DNA of 64,000 nucleotides, taken from assembly GCF_009914755.1 (NCBI RefSeq), contig NC_060933.1; one strand, given 5' to 3'. Under the pieces are notes generated by a model that saw nothing but the letters and a program-made list of their open reading frames with translations, was not told the origin of the DNA and did no database searches. The DNA is from the human T2T-CHM13v2.0 reference genome, Homo sapiens. This document shows, in pieces, positions 14,162 to 32,082 of the stretch. Numbering within the stretch: the first letter of the stretch is position 1; each line of letters begins with the position of its first letter. The position numbers were made by a program, and so were the translations under genes.

Positions 14162-15014
14162 TTCTACATTTTTCCTTTGGAGTATGAGGGGTTAGCACAT
14201 ATATCTCTTAAGAATGAGCTTACTATAAGAAGTCTGGTTAATTCATACCTCAAGAGCCCATCTTGTCCAAAGTAAAATCTCTACTTTCATTTATATCTCA
14301 AATCCTGTAGGTGTTTTGGGACAGAAAGAAAAAGTCTGAAAAAAGATCTAGAAATAGGTAATGGCTATTCACATTGTCCTAAAATTAGACCTCACATTTT
14401 TCTAAAATGGCTCTCTCCAACTGGAGTTTTAGGTTTATAAAGATTGAAATTTAATCTGTTTTTCACCTCTGTATCCTCAGCACCCAGAACTATGACCAGC
14501 AGATGACTTGGGACTTAGTTGTTGAATGAATGGGTGAGTGAATGAGTGAGTGAGTTAATGCCTTCCCTGCTGGTCTGTGAGCAACTTGAGTGGAGAGATG
14601 AATCTTGTGTAGCCCTAAGACCCCAGAACCCATCATCAGAGCACATGGCACAGATCAGGTGCCAATATGTTTTACATTGAATTACATCCATTCCTCTAAG
14701 ATCATTAAAATAGCAGCAGGATTTAATTGGAAACATACCACTCAGTAGGAATACATTTCCATTTTCATTTTCTTACTGTTTTTATGCCAGATATAACTTG
14801 CTTTCCAAATTGTAGATATAGTGTAAGTGTACTTTCTTTAGCTCAGATTTTAATATATAAACAAAGGCTTCTAGAATGCTAATTTTGTGGCACATCAGAA
14901 GTGTCATTAAGAATGATATAACAAATGAAGAGAGAATTAAATACCTGGCTACTACAGGAAAAAAAAAAGGACAAGTTGCTTGTGATAGTCTAGAATGGTA
15001 AGTTGTAAAAGTTA

Positions 15015-15276
<262 letters not shown>

Positions 15277-15491
15277 TAAAAGTTATTTGTCTTATCACCC
15301 AACTAAGAAATAGAAATTTGAAATATTTACATAAAAAGAGAGTGAAAGGAAAGGAGAAAAAACACTTATTGAATCTATTCTGAGTAAGGAGAACACAGAG
15401 TGATGCTTTCCAAAGAGTAATGTAAAGTTAGTCATCAGAGAATGACCAGGAATCCTGAGCTTAATGTCTGACCAATTGAAAGTACATTTTA

Positions 15492-17376
<1,885 letters not shown>

Positions 17377-18184
17377 GAAAGTACATTTTAATAGTTATCT
17401 CATGTGATTTTCAAAGGTTGAATTTGACCTAAAGAAGGTGGTTTGGTGAAAAAGAAATGCCTTTTTGAGACATAAGGAGACTTCAGTCACACAATTGGCT
17501 CCTACAACTGGAAGGGAAGGAGTTAGGTAAATTGAATTATTCGTCTTAATTTTTCATTCCCCTGTAACAACATTAACCATGCACACTCTTGCTTTGGCTT
17601 TGTGGTAATAAAATGTATTCCCCACCCTGTGACTTTTGGGGTGGCTGTTGATTTTCCATGTCAGTAGGATGTGAGCAGGCATGATGCAAACAGATGAGAA
17701 ATGTGCCTGCTCTCTTGGATTTGCTATCTCCCGCTTCTGCCATCACCACGTGCACATAGCCTGGGTGCCCACTCCCCTGTAAACCTGGGCTGCAGAGTAA
17801 GACATCAAGAGCAGAGCTGGACCAGACCTACATCTTGAAGCTAAGCCAAGCAGAGCCTTCTAGAGCCCAATGGATGCAAGAAGATGTGCCTGAAACTCTC
17901 CAGAAAAGGCCTCTGTCTTAAGAGAAAAGTGATACCTCATTGTACATATTCATGCATGTAAGATATCCTAATCTCAAGATAAAATAGGCTTCCATCTTTA
18001 CTCATTCATTAATTTAGTCATTCATTAATTCAGTCATTCAACAAATAATTACTAAGCACCAACTATGATACTATCTAAACTGGTGGTTCTTAATTCTCTG
18101 AAACTATATGTCAAGGTTGATGTATTGGTGCATTTTTCTGTGGAAGGGATTTATGAATTTACCCATTTACTCAAATGAGTCCTT

Positions 18185-18930
18185 TTACAATTTTATTTTA
18201 TGTTAAATTAACAGATAATAATTTTATCTGTTTATGGGATACAATGTAATGTTTCTATATGTCTATACATTGTGGGGTAAATATTCAAAAACCTGCGGGT
18301 AAAAGACCCTATCAGCCAAGAATATTATACCCAGCAACTTTTTCTTTCAAAAATTAAGAGGTGATAAAGATTTTCTCAGGGAAACAATAGCTGAGAGAGT
18401 TCATCAACACTAGGCCTGCCTTACAAGAGATGTTATTGGGAGTTCTAAGATGAAGGAGGACTTCAATTAGTAACATGAAAACATATGAAAGTAAAATCCT
18501 CATTGGTAAAAGTACACTATGAAATTTGTAACAAATCTAATGCTGTAATGATGATGGGTAAATCAATTATATCTCTAGTATAAAGATTAAAAGGCAAAAT
18601 GAGGCCAGGCATGATGGCTTATGCCTGTAATCCCAGCACTTTGGGTGGCCGAGGCGGGTGGATCATGAGGTCAGGAGTTTGAGACCAACCTGGCCAGCAT
18701 AGTGAAACCCCATCTCTACTAAAAATACAAAAATTAGCCGGATGTGGTGGCAGGTGCCAGTAATCCCAGCTACTCAGGAGGCTGAGTCAGGAGAATGACT
18801 TGAAACTGGAAGGCGGAGGTTGCAGTGAGCTGAGATCATGTCACGGCACCCCAGCCTGGGTGAAAGAGCGAAACTCCATCTCAAAAAAAAAAGCAAAACA
18901 ATTTAAAACAAACTTCCAATAATCTTTTAA
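18185..18930. mobile_element. Old L1MA fragments: 3' tip (-, ~18185-18280) joined to an ORF1-end/inter-ORF piece (+, ~18281-18600, resuming after the Alu)
   Basis: TTTATGGGATACAATGTAATG matches a reverse L1MA 3' end; CCAAGAATATTATACCCAGCAA...CTGAGAGAGTTCATCAACACTAGGCCTGCCTTACAAGA matches the ORF1 C-terminal region. Confidence 0.7.
18603..18892 (+). mobile_element. AluS (Sg/Sx-like), full length
   Basis: Complete dimer with GATCATGAGGTCAGGAGTTT and an A tail; inserted in the L1MA fragment. Confidence 0.95.
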
Positions 18931-19544
18931 ATGGGCTTGTAAGCTGCATCCAAATGAGTAAGTAAGAGATCCTGGTAAAAGAGTTCACTTGGGGTTTGAT
19001 TTATTTGCCATAAAAGGTTAATTTTTAACTAATATTTTATGTTATCTGCTGGCTTATGACTGCAGACTAAAAAACATTTCTGTTCAAATCATTTGACTAT
19101 TGCTAGAAGGACGGACCAGTAGGGTTGAATTTTAATATTATAATTACTAAATGAATGCACTATTCATTTGTAATGATCACCCATATAATGAGCAATTAAC
19201 ACAGTAACAACATAAACCTTGTACACTAAAATTATGATAACATACTAAATGTTTATAAATACTATCTTAAATTTTAACTATTGCCCTAATAATTTTGTAA
19301 TTAGGGTTCTAATATCTTTCTGTTAGCACCCTAACAATTTGCGTTTTCATAACACTTTTTCCTGTTAAACTAGTCTAGGCCCCCAGTAGTTGCTTTATGG
19401 CTATTTTTTTTCTTAAATAACATGATTTTAACATCCTGTACCATTCTGATTTCTCTTTGGTGCATTTCCTAATTTGTCACTGATTCTCTTAAATACATTG
19501 ATCAAAATTGACAAGACTTCAAGTGCAATAAAATGTTTATCTCC

Positions 19545-19892
19545 TACTACTGATGAATTGTGTTCCCCACAGAATTTATATGTTGAAGCTCTAACCCCCA
19601 CTGTTACAGTATTTATAGATTAGGCCTTTGGGAGATAATTAGATTTAGATGAGGTCATAAGAGTGGGGAATAATTTAGTGCTCTTATAAGAAGAGACACC
19701 AGAGAACTTGCTCATTCTCTCTCACAATCATATGAAAACACAGTGGGAAGGTGCAAGAAAGGAAAAACGCCCTCATCATCAACTGACTATGTTGGCATCT
19801 CAGACTTCCAGCCTCCAAAACCTTAAGAAAATAAATTTCTGTTGTTTTAGCCACCCAGTTTTTTGTTATGGCAGCCTGAGCAGTCTAAGACA
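19545..19892 (+). mobile_element. MLT1A-type solo LTR (MaLR)
   Basis: GAATTGTGTTCCCC...TATGTTGAAGCTCTAACCCCC...TTTGTTATGGCAGCCTGAGCAG.CTAAGACA; TSD TCTCC/CCTCC. Confidence 0.85.
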
Positions 19893-21127
19893 CCTCCCTT
19901 CGCACTTCCCATGCAGTGTCTGGCATAATGCTTGGCTTCCATGGAGTGATTGATAGACTTGTCCTTAGGATGCCAGCCTTAGGGGACCATTCTTAGTTTG
20001 CCCAGAATCGACATAAACTGATGGGCCTAGTAGGCCCCTCAACTGCATGCCAGATTCTCCCACTGTTGGTCTGGATTTCTGGGTTTCCAGTGCCTGCCTA
20101 CCCATTCCAGCCTTGGGGAGCCAACAGCTTCTTGGGGAAGACATCACATTCATGAATAATATGACAAGCATCTGAGTTGGCAGCAAGGGGTGGCAGAATT
20201 TTCTTAGGGTTGAGGCCAAGGCTGACAGATTTCCTGCTTTCATTCAGCTCCTAGAGGCCCAACAAATTCACGTGGCCATGTCTGGTGCTCCGGGACTCAC
20301 GGTGGGAAGACTTAGAGAAAGCTGGGTAATATTCTCCTCTGCAGCTGCTGGATATCCTCCACAGTTTATTCATTCTTACAACTCCCTCATGAAGGACTGA
20401 TGAATACCTGCTGACACACAGTAGTGCTGCCCGCAAGAACAGTAGAGCAGCGTAAGTGAGTCTCTTCAATTTCCTCACCCCAAAAATGAGGGCAATGGTA
20501 ATAAAAATATTGCTCAAGATTTCCAACAGTAAATCTCTCAGGCCATGTAATTAGAGCTACCATCACTAGGCACTGTTCTAAGAACTCTTGACATACTGTT
20601 TCTTATGAAGCCTACAGTGCTATCAGCAAGACGGTCATGCTCATTTTACAGGTGAAGAAACTGAGGATAGGAGGATTTATTGACTTGCATGAGTTCACAA
20701 AGCTAGTTAGTGTAAAATTTCTTTCCCAGTGCTTGATGCATAGCAAACACTCAATCTGCATGTATGAATCTATAAAAGTACCAGATTTTGGTTTTTAATT
20801 CAAGTTGACTACAAAGCCTATGTTTCTAACCATTGCATCGTATTGCTTAACTGTAAACTATAGAGTGCTGTTCATCTGTAATGAGCATTTGGTCATTGGT
20901 TCTGATTCCAAAACTGATCACCCTATGAGTCAAATCCCAGCGGACCTTCTGAACTTTATATCCTATCTATTTATATATTTTGTGAGTTACAGATCTGGGG
21001 CAGGCTTCTGTGTGGGGCAAAAGTAAAAGAAATATTAGTGCTGACACTATGTTTGAGAATATTATCCCACAGAAGAGGGAGGAGAGTAGGAAAAAATAAA
21101 ATTCAATGAAAAAGCTTAATAATAGCC

Positions 21128-23454
21128 TGTCTAGCCTGCTCTTATGCTGCTATAAGGAAATACCCAAGACTGGGTAATTTGTTAAAAAAAAAAAAAAGGT
21201 TTAATTGACTCATAGTTCAGTGTGGCTGGGGAGGGAGGCCTCAGGAAACTTACAATCATGGCACAAGGCAAAGGGGAAATAAGGCACTTTCTTCACAAGG
21301 CAGCAGGAAGAAGTGCTGAGTGAAGGTGGTGAGATCCCCTTATAAAACCATCAGATCTCATGAGAACTCACTCACTATCACAATAACAACATGGGGGAAA
21401 CTGCCCCCATGATTCAATTACCTCCACCTGGTCTCTCCCTTGAAATGTGGGGATTATGGGAATTACAACTTAAGACGAGATTTGGGTGGGGACTAATCAT
21501 AAAATTCCGCCCCTGGCACCTCCCAAATAACATGTCCCTTTTACATTTCAAAACCAATCATGCCTTCCCAACAGTCCCCCAAAGTCTTAATTCATTTCAG
21601 CATTAACTAAAAACTCCATGTCTAAAGTATCCTCTGAGACAAGTCCCTTCCTCCTATGAGCCTGTAAAATCAAAATCAAGTTAGTTACTTTCTAGATACA
21701 ATGGGGGTACAGGCATTGGGTAAATACAATAATTCCAAATCGGCCAACATGAAGGTGCTGCAGGCCTCATGCAAGTCTAAAATCCAGCAGGGCAGTCAAA
21801 TCTTAAAGCTCCAAAATGATCTCCTTTGACTTCATGTCTCACATCCAGGTCACACTGATGCAAAAGGTGGGCTCCCACAGCTTTGCACAGCTCCATCCCG
21901 TGGCTTTGCTCGAAGCTGCTGTCACAAGTTGGCATTTAGTGTCTGCAGCTTTTCCAGGTGCACAGTGCAAGCTGTCAGTGGATCTACCCTTCTGGGGTCT
22001 GGAGGACTGTTGCCTTCTTCTCACAGCTCCAGCAGGGAGTGCCCTAGTGGGGACTCTGTGTGGGGGCTTCAACCCCACATTTCCCTTCTGCACTGCCCTA
22101 GCAGAGGATCTCCATGAGTGCTCCAACCCTGCAGCCAACTTCTGCCTGGATATCTAGGCATTTCCATACATCCTCTGAAATCTAGGTGGAGGCTCCTATA
22201 CCTCAATTCTTAACCTCTGTGCACCCACAGTCCCAAAACCATGTGTAAGCTGCCAAGACTTGGGGCTTGTACCCTCTGAAACAATGTCCTGAGCTGTATT
22301 TTGGCCCCTTTTAGCCAAGGCTGGGACACAGGGCACCAAGTCCTGAGACTGCACAAAGCAACAAGGTGCTGGGTATAGCTGGAGAAACTGTTTTTGCTTC
22401 CTAGGCCTCTGGGCCTCTGATGGGAGGGGCTGCCATGAAGACCTCTGACATGCCCTGTGGAGACGTTTTCCCCGTTATCTTGGTGATTAACATTTGTCTT
22501 CCCATTATTCAAATTTCTGTAGCCAGCTTGAATTTCTTCCCAGAAAATGGGTTTTTCTTTTTCATCAAGCCATTAGGCTGCCAATTTTTCACTTTTATGT
22601 TTTGCTTCCCTTTTAGACGTAAGTTCCAATTTTAAACAATCTCTCTGTGAATGCATAAAACTGAATGCTTTTAAGAGTACCCAGGTCACATGTTGAATGC
22701 TTTGCTATAATACTTAAAAATTTCTTCTGCCAAATATCATAAACATGTCTCTCAAGTTCAAAGTTTCTCAGATTTCTAAGGCAGGGGCAAAATGCCACCA
22801 GTGTCTTTGCTAAAAGATAGCAAGAGTCACCTTTGCTCCAGTTCCCATGAACTTCCTCATCTCCATCTGAGACTATCTTAACCTGGACTTTATTGCCCAT
22901 ATCATTATCAGCAGTTAGGTCAAAGTCATTCAAAAAGTCTCTAGGAAGTTCCAAACTTTCCCACATCTTCCTGTCTTCTGAGCACTCAAACTGTTCCAAC
23001 TTCTGCCCATTACCCAGTTCAAAAGTTGCTTCCACATTCTCAGGTATCTTATAGCAATGCTCTACTACCTCAGTACGAATTTACTGTATTAATCCGTTTT
23101 TACATTGCTATAAAAAATACCCAAGACTGGGTAATTTATAAAGGAAAGAGGTTTAATTGACTCACAGTTCAGCATGGCTGGGGAGGCCTCAGGACACTTA
23201 CAATCATGGCAGAAGGTGAAGAGGAAGCAAGGCACCTTCTTCACAAGGTGGCAGGAAGGAGAAGTGCTGAGCAAAGGTGGGAAGAGCTCCTTATAAAACC
23301 ATTAGATCTCGTGAGAACTCACTATCATGAGAACAGCTTGGGGGAAACCACTCCCATGATTCAATTACCTCCACCTGCTCTCTCCATTGTCACATGGAGA
23401 TTAAGAAGATTACAATTCAGGATGACATTTGGGTGGGGACACAAAGACTAATTA
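21128..23454 (-). mobile_element. Complete THE1D-type MaLR provirus: LTR ~21128-21502, internal region ~21503-23084, LTR ~23085-23454
   Basis: Two direct LTR copies flank a THE1-int region with decayed MaLR ORF pieces (e.g. SEDRKMWESLELPRD in ORF 22613..23035); 5-bp TSD TAGCC at 21123-21127 and 23455-23459. Confidence 0.92.
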
Positions 23455-23830
23455 TAGCCACTTATTTAATGTTTATCTGCGGCAGACATTTTGTTAAATA
23501 TTTCATAGACAGTATCATTTTATCTTCATATGACCTCATGAAATAGGGACCTTTACTATCTCTCTGTCACAGATGAAGAATATGAGAATATTTATTTAAT
23601 GATTACTTCATGCAAGTCCTTGATGTTCCCTGACTTGTGAGACAAAATTTAGCAAAGTCATCAGCATGGTAAAGAGGCTGTGTCAGGCCTCAGGGAGCTC
23701 TGAGTTCAGATCCCTTCTGCCAGTGAGTCCTGATGAATCAGAAAAAAGGGGTTGTCATCTCATTTCTAAATCTCAGTTACCTCACATGTGAAAATGGGGA
23801 TATATATTGTACAGTAATATGTGAGATAGC

Positions 23831-24193
23831 TGACACGGTTTGGCTGTGTTCCCACCCAAATCTCATCTTGAATTATAGCTCCCATAATCGCCACATGTTG
23901 TGGGAGGGATCCAGTGGGAGGTAATTTAATCATAAGGGCAGGTTTTTCTTGTGTTGTTCTCATGATAGTGAATATGTCTCATGAAACCTGATGGTTTATA
24001 ATGCACAGTTCCCTTGCACATGCTCTCTTCCCTGATGCCATGTAAGACATGCCTCTGCTCCTCCTTCATTTTCTGCCATGATTGTGAGGCCTCCCTGGCC
24101 ATGTGGAACTGTGAGCCCATTAAACCTCTTTTTCTTTATAAATTACCCAGTCTCTAGTATTTCTTTAGAGCAGTATGAAAATGTACTAATACA
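23831..24193 (+). mobile_element. THE1C/B solo LTR inserted in a MIR (MIR ~23660-23830)
   Basis: TGACACGGTTTGGCTGTG...ACTAATACA; TSD ATAGC/GTAGC; MIR core CTCAGTTACCTCACATGTGAAAATGGGGA just upstream. Confidence 0.9.
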
Positions 24194-24565
24194 GTAGCTG
24201 TAAGGCTTAAATTAGTCAGTAAAGTGCAATTTGTCTGCTTGATAAAGGATAGCTGCTAACATTATTATGTATATATATAATAAAAACAAACCAAAAAAAC
24301 TAAGCCAATAGATTCCAAGTTCAGGTGTGAGTTTCAGACAGAGAATGTTTTCAGAGTAAGGAGAAGCCACTGACTTCCAGCTTGGAGGTGAGGGAAGAGC
24401 TGTGATCATCACCATTCAGAAAATCAAGATCAAGTCATTATAGAGTCTCTATTCTGTTCAGACCCTAGGCTAATTAAGGGGCACACAAAGAAATGAATGA
24501 GACCATGTCTCCCTTCCTAAAGTGCACACAATCGGATGATAATATCCACATGAAATCCTGGTATC

Positions 24566-27531
<2,966 letters not shown>

Positions 27532-28109
27532 GAAATCCTGGTTTCTTAAGTTTTGATCGACTGCTGGTTTGGAGGGCACAGTAATGTTGCCTCATATATG
27601 TTCAGCATCTTTACAGTTTCTACAGTTCTGTCACATGCGTGATTTTGCTCACATGGCTCCCTTTCCAACCTTGTGAGATTCTCTCTCTTCCTTGTGATAT
27701 CAAGCCACTTAGCAACCATCCAATTCACATAAGTGGGAATTGGCAGAGTTAGGGCCCAAACTCTCATCTGCCTAACCCCAGGTCCAGTGCTCTGTCAGCT
27801 CCTAGAATGCAGTGGTGGAAAGAACTGCCTGGGTAGATACAGGAGGGATTTTCAGGAAATGTTCCTTAGAAGAGGGAACAGTGCACCCCAATGTCTCCCA
27901 CCTGCCACAAATGTGTCCTGGTAGGTGGTGTTACTGGCTAGTTCTCCATTTCAGTAGCTAGTGAAAATCATTGACCCAAAGAAAAAGTGTTTTTTACTAC
28001 ATTCTATTGTAGATGAAAAGCAAGCATTTTCAAATAAATAATCTTTTTTTAAATGGACTCCAAATAAGGGATATCCTGCCCTGAAACACTGAGACACATC
28101 TTAATGGAA

Positions 28110-28310
28110 TTAACATGGGCTTCAGAATCAGAGACATGTTTTTTCTAACATGAGTTCTGACACTTAACAGCTGTGTGACTTTGGACAAACCACTAGGCTA
28201 CTGAGAACCTCTGTCTTTTCATCTGTAAAATGGGGAAAATAATAACTAGCTGTAGAATTGTGGAGATGATTAACTGTTATAGTGTGTTCAAAGTGTCTAG
28301 ATCATAGTGA
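28110..28310 (+). mobile_element. MIR SINE fossil
   Basis: CAGCTGTGTGACTTTGGACAA...TTCATCTGTAAAATGGGGA MIR core. Confidence 0.75.
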
Positions 28311-28949
28311 ACCCCAAAACATAATAAAATATTACATTTTACATTACTTTTACATTAGTAATTGAATGAACTGCAGTTATAAAAAAGAGTTACTTTCTAG
28401 ATCCAGTGACTTTGGAAAGTCTTATGATTATGATGCCAGAGGCTTTCAGGCAGTTAGCTTGATTCACAGCTTCAAAAAGTCAGCTGTGTTTGGTGTTAGG
28501 AGGGGAGAGTGAACTCATTTCCAGGTCAGGCAAACAAGTATGTAAGAGAGAAGCTAGAGCACTATTCTCAGATCCCCAGATTAGATAAGAATAGTAGAAT
28601 AATTGCAAGAAATTCCTGGGGCAACAGGAGATCATTTTAGATGTATGACATTTGTCACAGATGTTTGGGCTTTGTGTATCTAATGAATAGTTGGCCATTT
28701 ATTTTGCTTCCATATTGGTTTGGTGAGACTGAAAAGGTTATGCTACCCACAATGACTCCAAACAGGCTGTATCGTTTATATTATCATATATACTCTTTAG
28801 ATAGTAGATTTCAGACATGATCTCACTGCTGAGCAAAGCTCTGGATTATATGAGCAAAGCTCATATAATCTGAAATTGTCTAGCTGGAAAGCCACCCCAG
28901 AAGTTGAAATTTAGGGGGAGGTATACATGGAGAAAGGTAATTTCAACAG

Positions 28950-29360
28950 AATCCTGATCGTATTGAGTTAGGAAAAGTACAAAATGCTGTGGGAGCTGAT
29001 AGGAGTGTCACTGAATTCAATATTGGTGATAAGGGCATTATACATTTACCTAGAGGAAGTGATGTTTCAGATGATGATGAAACTGTATTAAAATTATAAC
29101 GAAGTGGAAGGAGATAGAGACATGTCCTTGAATAAAGGAAATGCATGTGCAGAAGCATGGCAATAAAAGCGTGATACATTCAAGGAACTGAACAGAAATC
29201 AGTCATGTCTAGAATGTACAGTGGTTGGTGGGAAAATGGCAAGAGATGAGGATAGAGAGGGAAAAAGTTAACATTCCTTAAAGGGTCGATAAACTGTGCA
29301 AAGGGATTGGACTTTATCCTTGGGGTGAAGTGTTAAGCAGAGGCATGCCAAGATCAATCT
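28950..29360 (-). mobile_element. L2 fragment
   Basis: L2-like motifs (GGAAATGCATGTGCAGAAGCATGG, GGACTTTATCCT, TTAAGCAGAGG). Confidence 0.55.
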
Positions 29361-31615
29361 TATGATAAGTCATATAGAAGGTGGGTTGAAGGTGAGATGT
29401 GATGATGATGGAGAAGAAGTAGGAGAAAAGAGAAGAAGAAGGAGAACAATCACCTTCAACAATGTCATCACCGAAGAGAAATATGTGGCCAAGAATTCAA
29501 AAAATCCCTTTTTTATCCTCAGACAGCTCTATTCATGCAAGGATTGGGGTTAACTCATGAAAGGAGTTTGATAAATGAACACCAGGTGGTACATTTGATT
29601 TCATAGATCTCTTCGAGATGGCCAGCCTAGCACTCTCAGAAAGTGGCACTGGAAGTGTGGCTGATATAAAATAATAAATATAAAATAAATTCACACATTA
29701 TTCTTGAAAACCAAAGAATAAATTGTGGTTTTATGTTTAGCAAGAAAGTTTTCAAATGCAAGATGCATACGTTTAAACAAAGCTGATATTCTATCCTCCA
29801 TCTAATAGACCTCATCTCAGGCACTGAGGGGTAGGGCAGTAGGAAAGTTGAAGATTATTTTGTAAAATCTATTTATTGAACTGATTGCAAAATCAGCTCA
29901 GAGAAGAAAAGATGTGCTCATAGTCATAAAGCAAATTAATGAAAAATTAGTAGTAGTATTGTTTTCTCAATTGCAGTCTTTTGTGTGTGTTTGATTTTAA
30001 CTGTATTCATGACTTTATCACTTACAAAAGTGAGAATGAGGTAAATTTTTACAATAACTTATTCCCTGAGATAAGATATATTCACCAGGATGTAAAAATG
30101 GTAAACGGTAGTAGCTAGTTTGTATGTGGGGTTGGGAGAAGGGAGGAAATGTTGGTGGGGGTGGGGGAATTTTAGTTTTATATATGTGTGGAAATGATGG
30201 TAATAAATAAAGCTAAGTAGATTTTATTATTACAGGATGTTTAAGAGCTTGTAATAAGCTAATTTGCCTTTGGAAATTCTAAGAGGAATATTTCTATCAT
30301 TCTAAAGTGTTCAATATGACATTAGCTTGACATGTTTTTTTTCTGTAAACTACGCTCTTATATCAACTTTTTCGGCATCTTCAGAATTGACATTATAATT
30401 ATATATCATATGAAAGACTCTTAGACTTTTATCTGCATTTCCTATTATGTACTTCATTTAAGTATGTATCACTAGAAGTTAATCAGCTTCTCTTGAAATT
30501 CATCTGGAAGCTTTTGACAGATAAAATAATTCAAAGTCTAAATAAATCAGACTTCTCCCAGCTTTGAACATTTTATGATTTACTTCAAGAGATTTGGCAG
30601 TGTCTGCCACCTTAAATTGAAAGACTTGTCTTGAGACTGTCAATCTTCAACTTCATAAAAATATTTCATTTTAATGCAACATTGGAGTATAATGTTTTAT
30701 AAGCAACAATTGAGGATCTAAGTTAAATTCAGAAACATGAGGTGCAATAAATGCAAATAAGTCAACTGAGGAGATCATTAGATGATAGGTCATTATCCAT
30801 AAATAGCTAAGTTTGTTCAATCAAGGTCTAGTGGCTAAAAAAAAGCATTTGACATTATGTAATAGGCAACCCAGTTTCAGATTCATTAAAATGGGGGTGG
30901 GCAGATATATGTTAGAATTAAGCAACTGGCTATTATGCAGCTGACTGGTGTTTTACAGACCACATTTTAGGAAACATTTTTTCTCTATTGCAAGGAACAA
31001 AGTGCCCTAGAATCTTGCCAACCTCTTACCACAGGGTAAACTATTCAAACTTGAGATTCACACCTACTCATATAAGTTTTCAGGTCATTTCTCAGAGGCA
31101 TTTTTCCTCCAAGCATAATCCCATTTTTCCCTAAGGACTCAAGAAGCTATCTCAAATTTTAAATCTATGAAAAGTTGTTGACATTTTAAGATATCTAATA
31201 CTTAAAAATCTATGGTCTAAAAAGTGTAGAAGTGAGAATATATGTTCCAATATTAAAAGTAATATACAAATCTATCTTTTCCCTTAGAATTTTACTTTTT
31301 CATTGTGAAAATCTTTTTACCCATTTAATTCACAAATTTAGTGTTTTTTTGCCAAGTTAACACTTCTGAATGATTTTTTAAAAACTGTCAAAAGAGGAAA
31401 AACTAAAACATATGATCTTAATTAAGTTTAAATGAACGTTTTACCAATTCAAAATTATAGTTTAAAAAGTTAGTACTTTATTTTAGAGAAAGTGAAAGTT
31501 TATAAGTCTGTTTTTGCTTTAAGTCAAAACACACCTGCCCCTATCTCAGAATCATTTATATCCCTAAGTAAGAGTCCTTTGTCTGATAATGGTCTCAGGA
31601 CATGCATTGTGAGGG

Positions 31616-31979
31616 TGATATGGTTTGGCTCTGTGTCCCTACCCAAATCTCACCTTGAATTGTAATCCCATGATCCCCATATGCCGAGGGTGGGACTAGG
31701 TGGAGGTAATTGAATCATGGGAGCAGGCTCCCCCATGCTGTTGTCGTGATAGTGAGTGAGTTCTCGGGAGATCTGATGGTTTTATAAGTGTCTGGTATTT
31801 CCCCTGCTTGCACTCATTATCTCTCCTGTTGGCCTGTGAAGAGGTCCCTTTTACCATGATTGTAAATTTCCTAAGGCCTCCCTAGCCATGCTAAACTGTG
31901 AGTCAATTAAGCCTCTTTTCTTTATAAATTACCCAGTCTTAGGTATTTATTCATAGCAGTATGGTAATGGGCTAATACA
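31616..31979 (+). mobile_element. THE1D/C solo LTR
   Basis: TGATATGGTTTGGCTCTGTG...CTAATACA; perfect TSD GAGGG at 31611-31615 and 31980-31984. Confidence 0.92.
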
Positions 31980-32082
31980 GAGGGGTGTGGATATCACCTC
32001 CATTTTAAGTAAACTACTTAGAATTGTGTCTTGAACACTATTAAGTTTCCTATAAAAATCTGAAATGGCTTCCCTAAACACC

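Noticed and set aside
21816-23035. ORFs of 100-140 aa within the THE1 internal region
   Set aside because: Decayed MaLR internal sequence present genome-wide; no intact reading frame.
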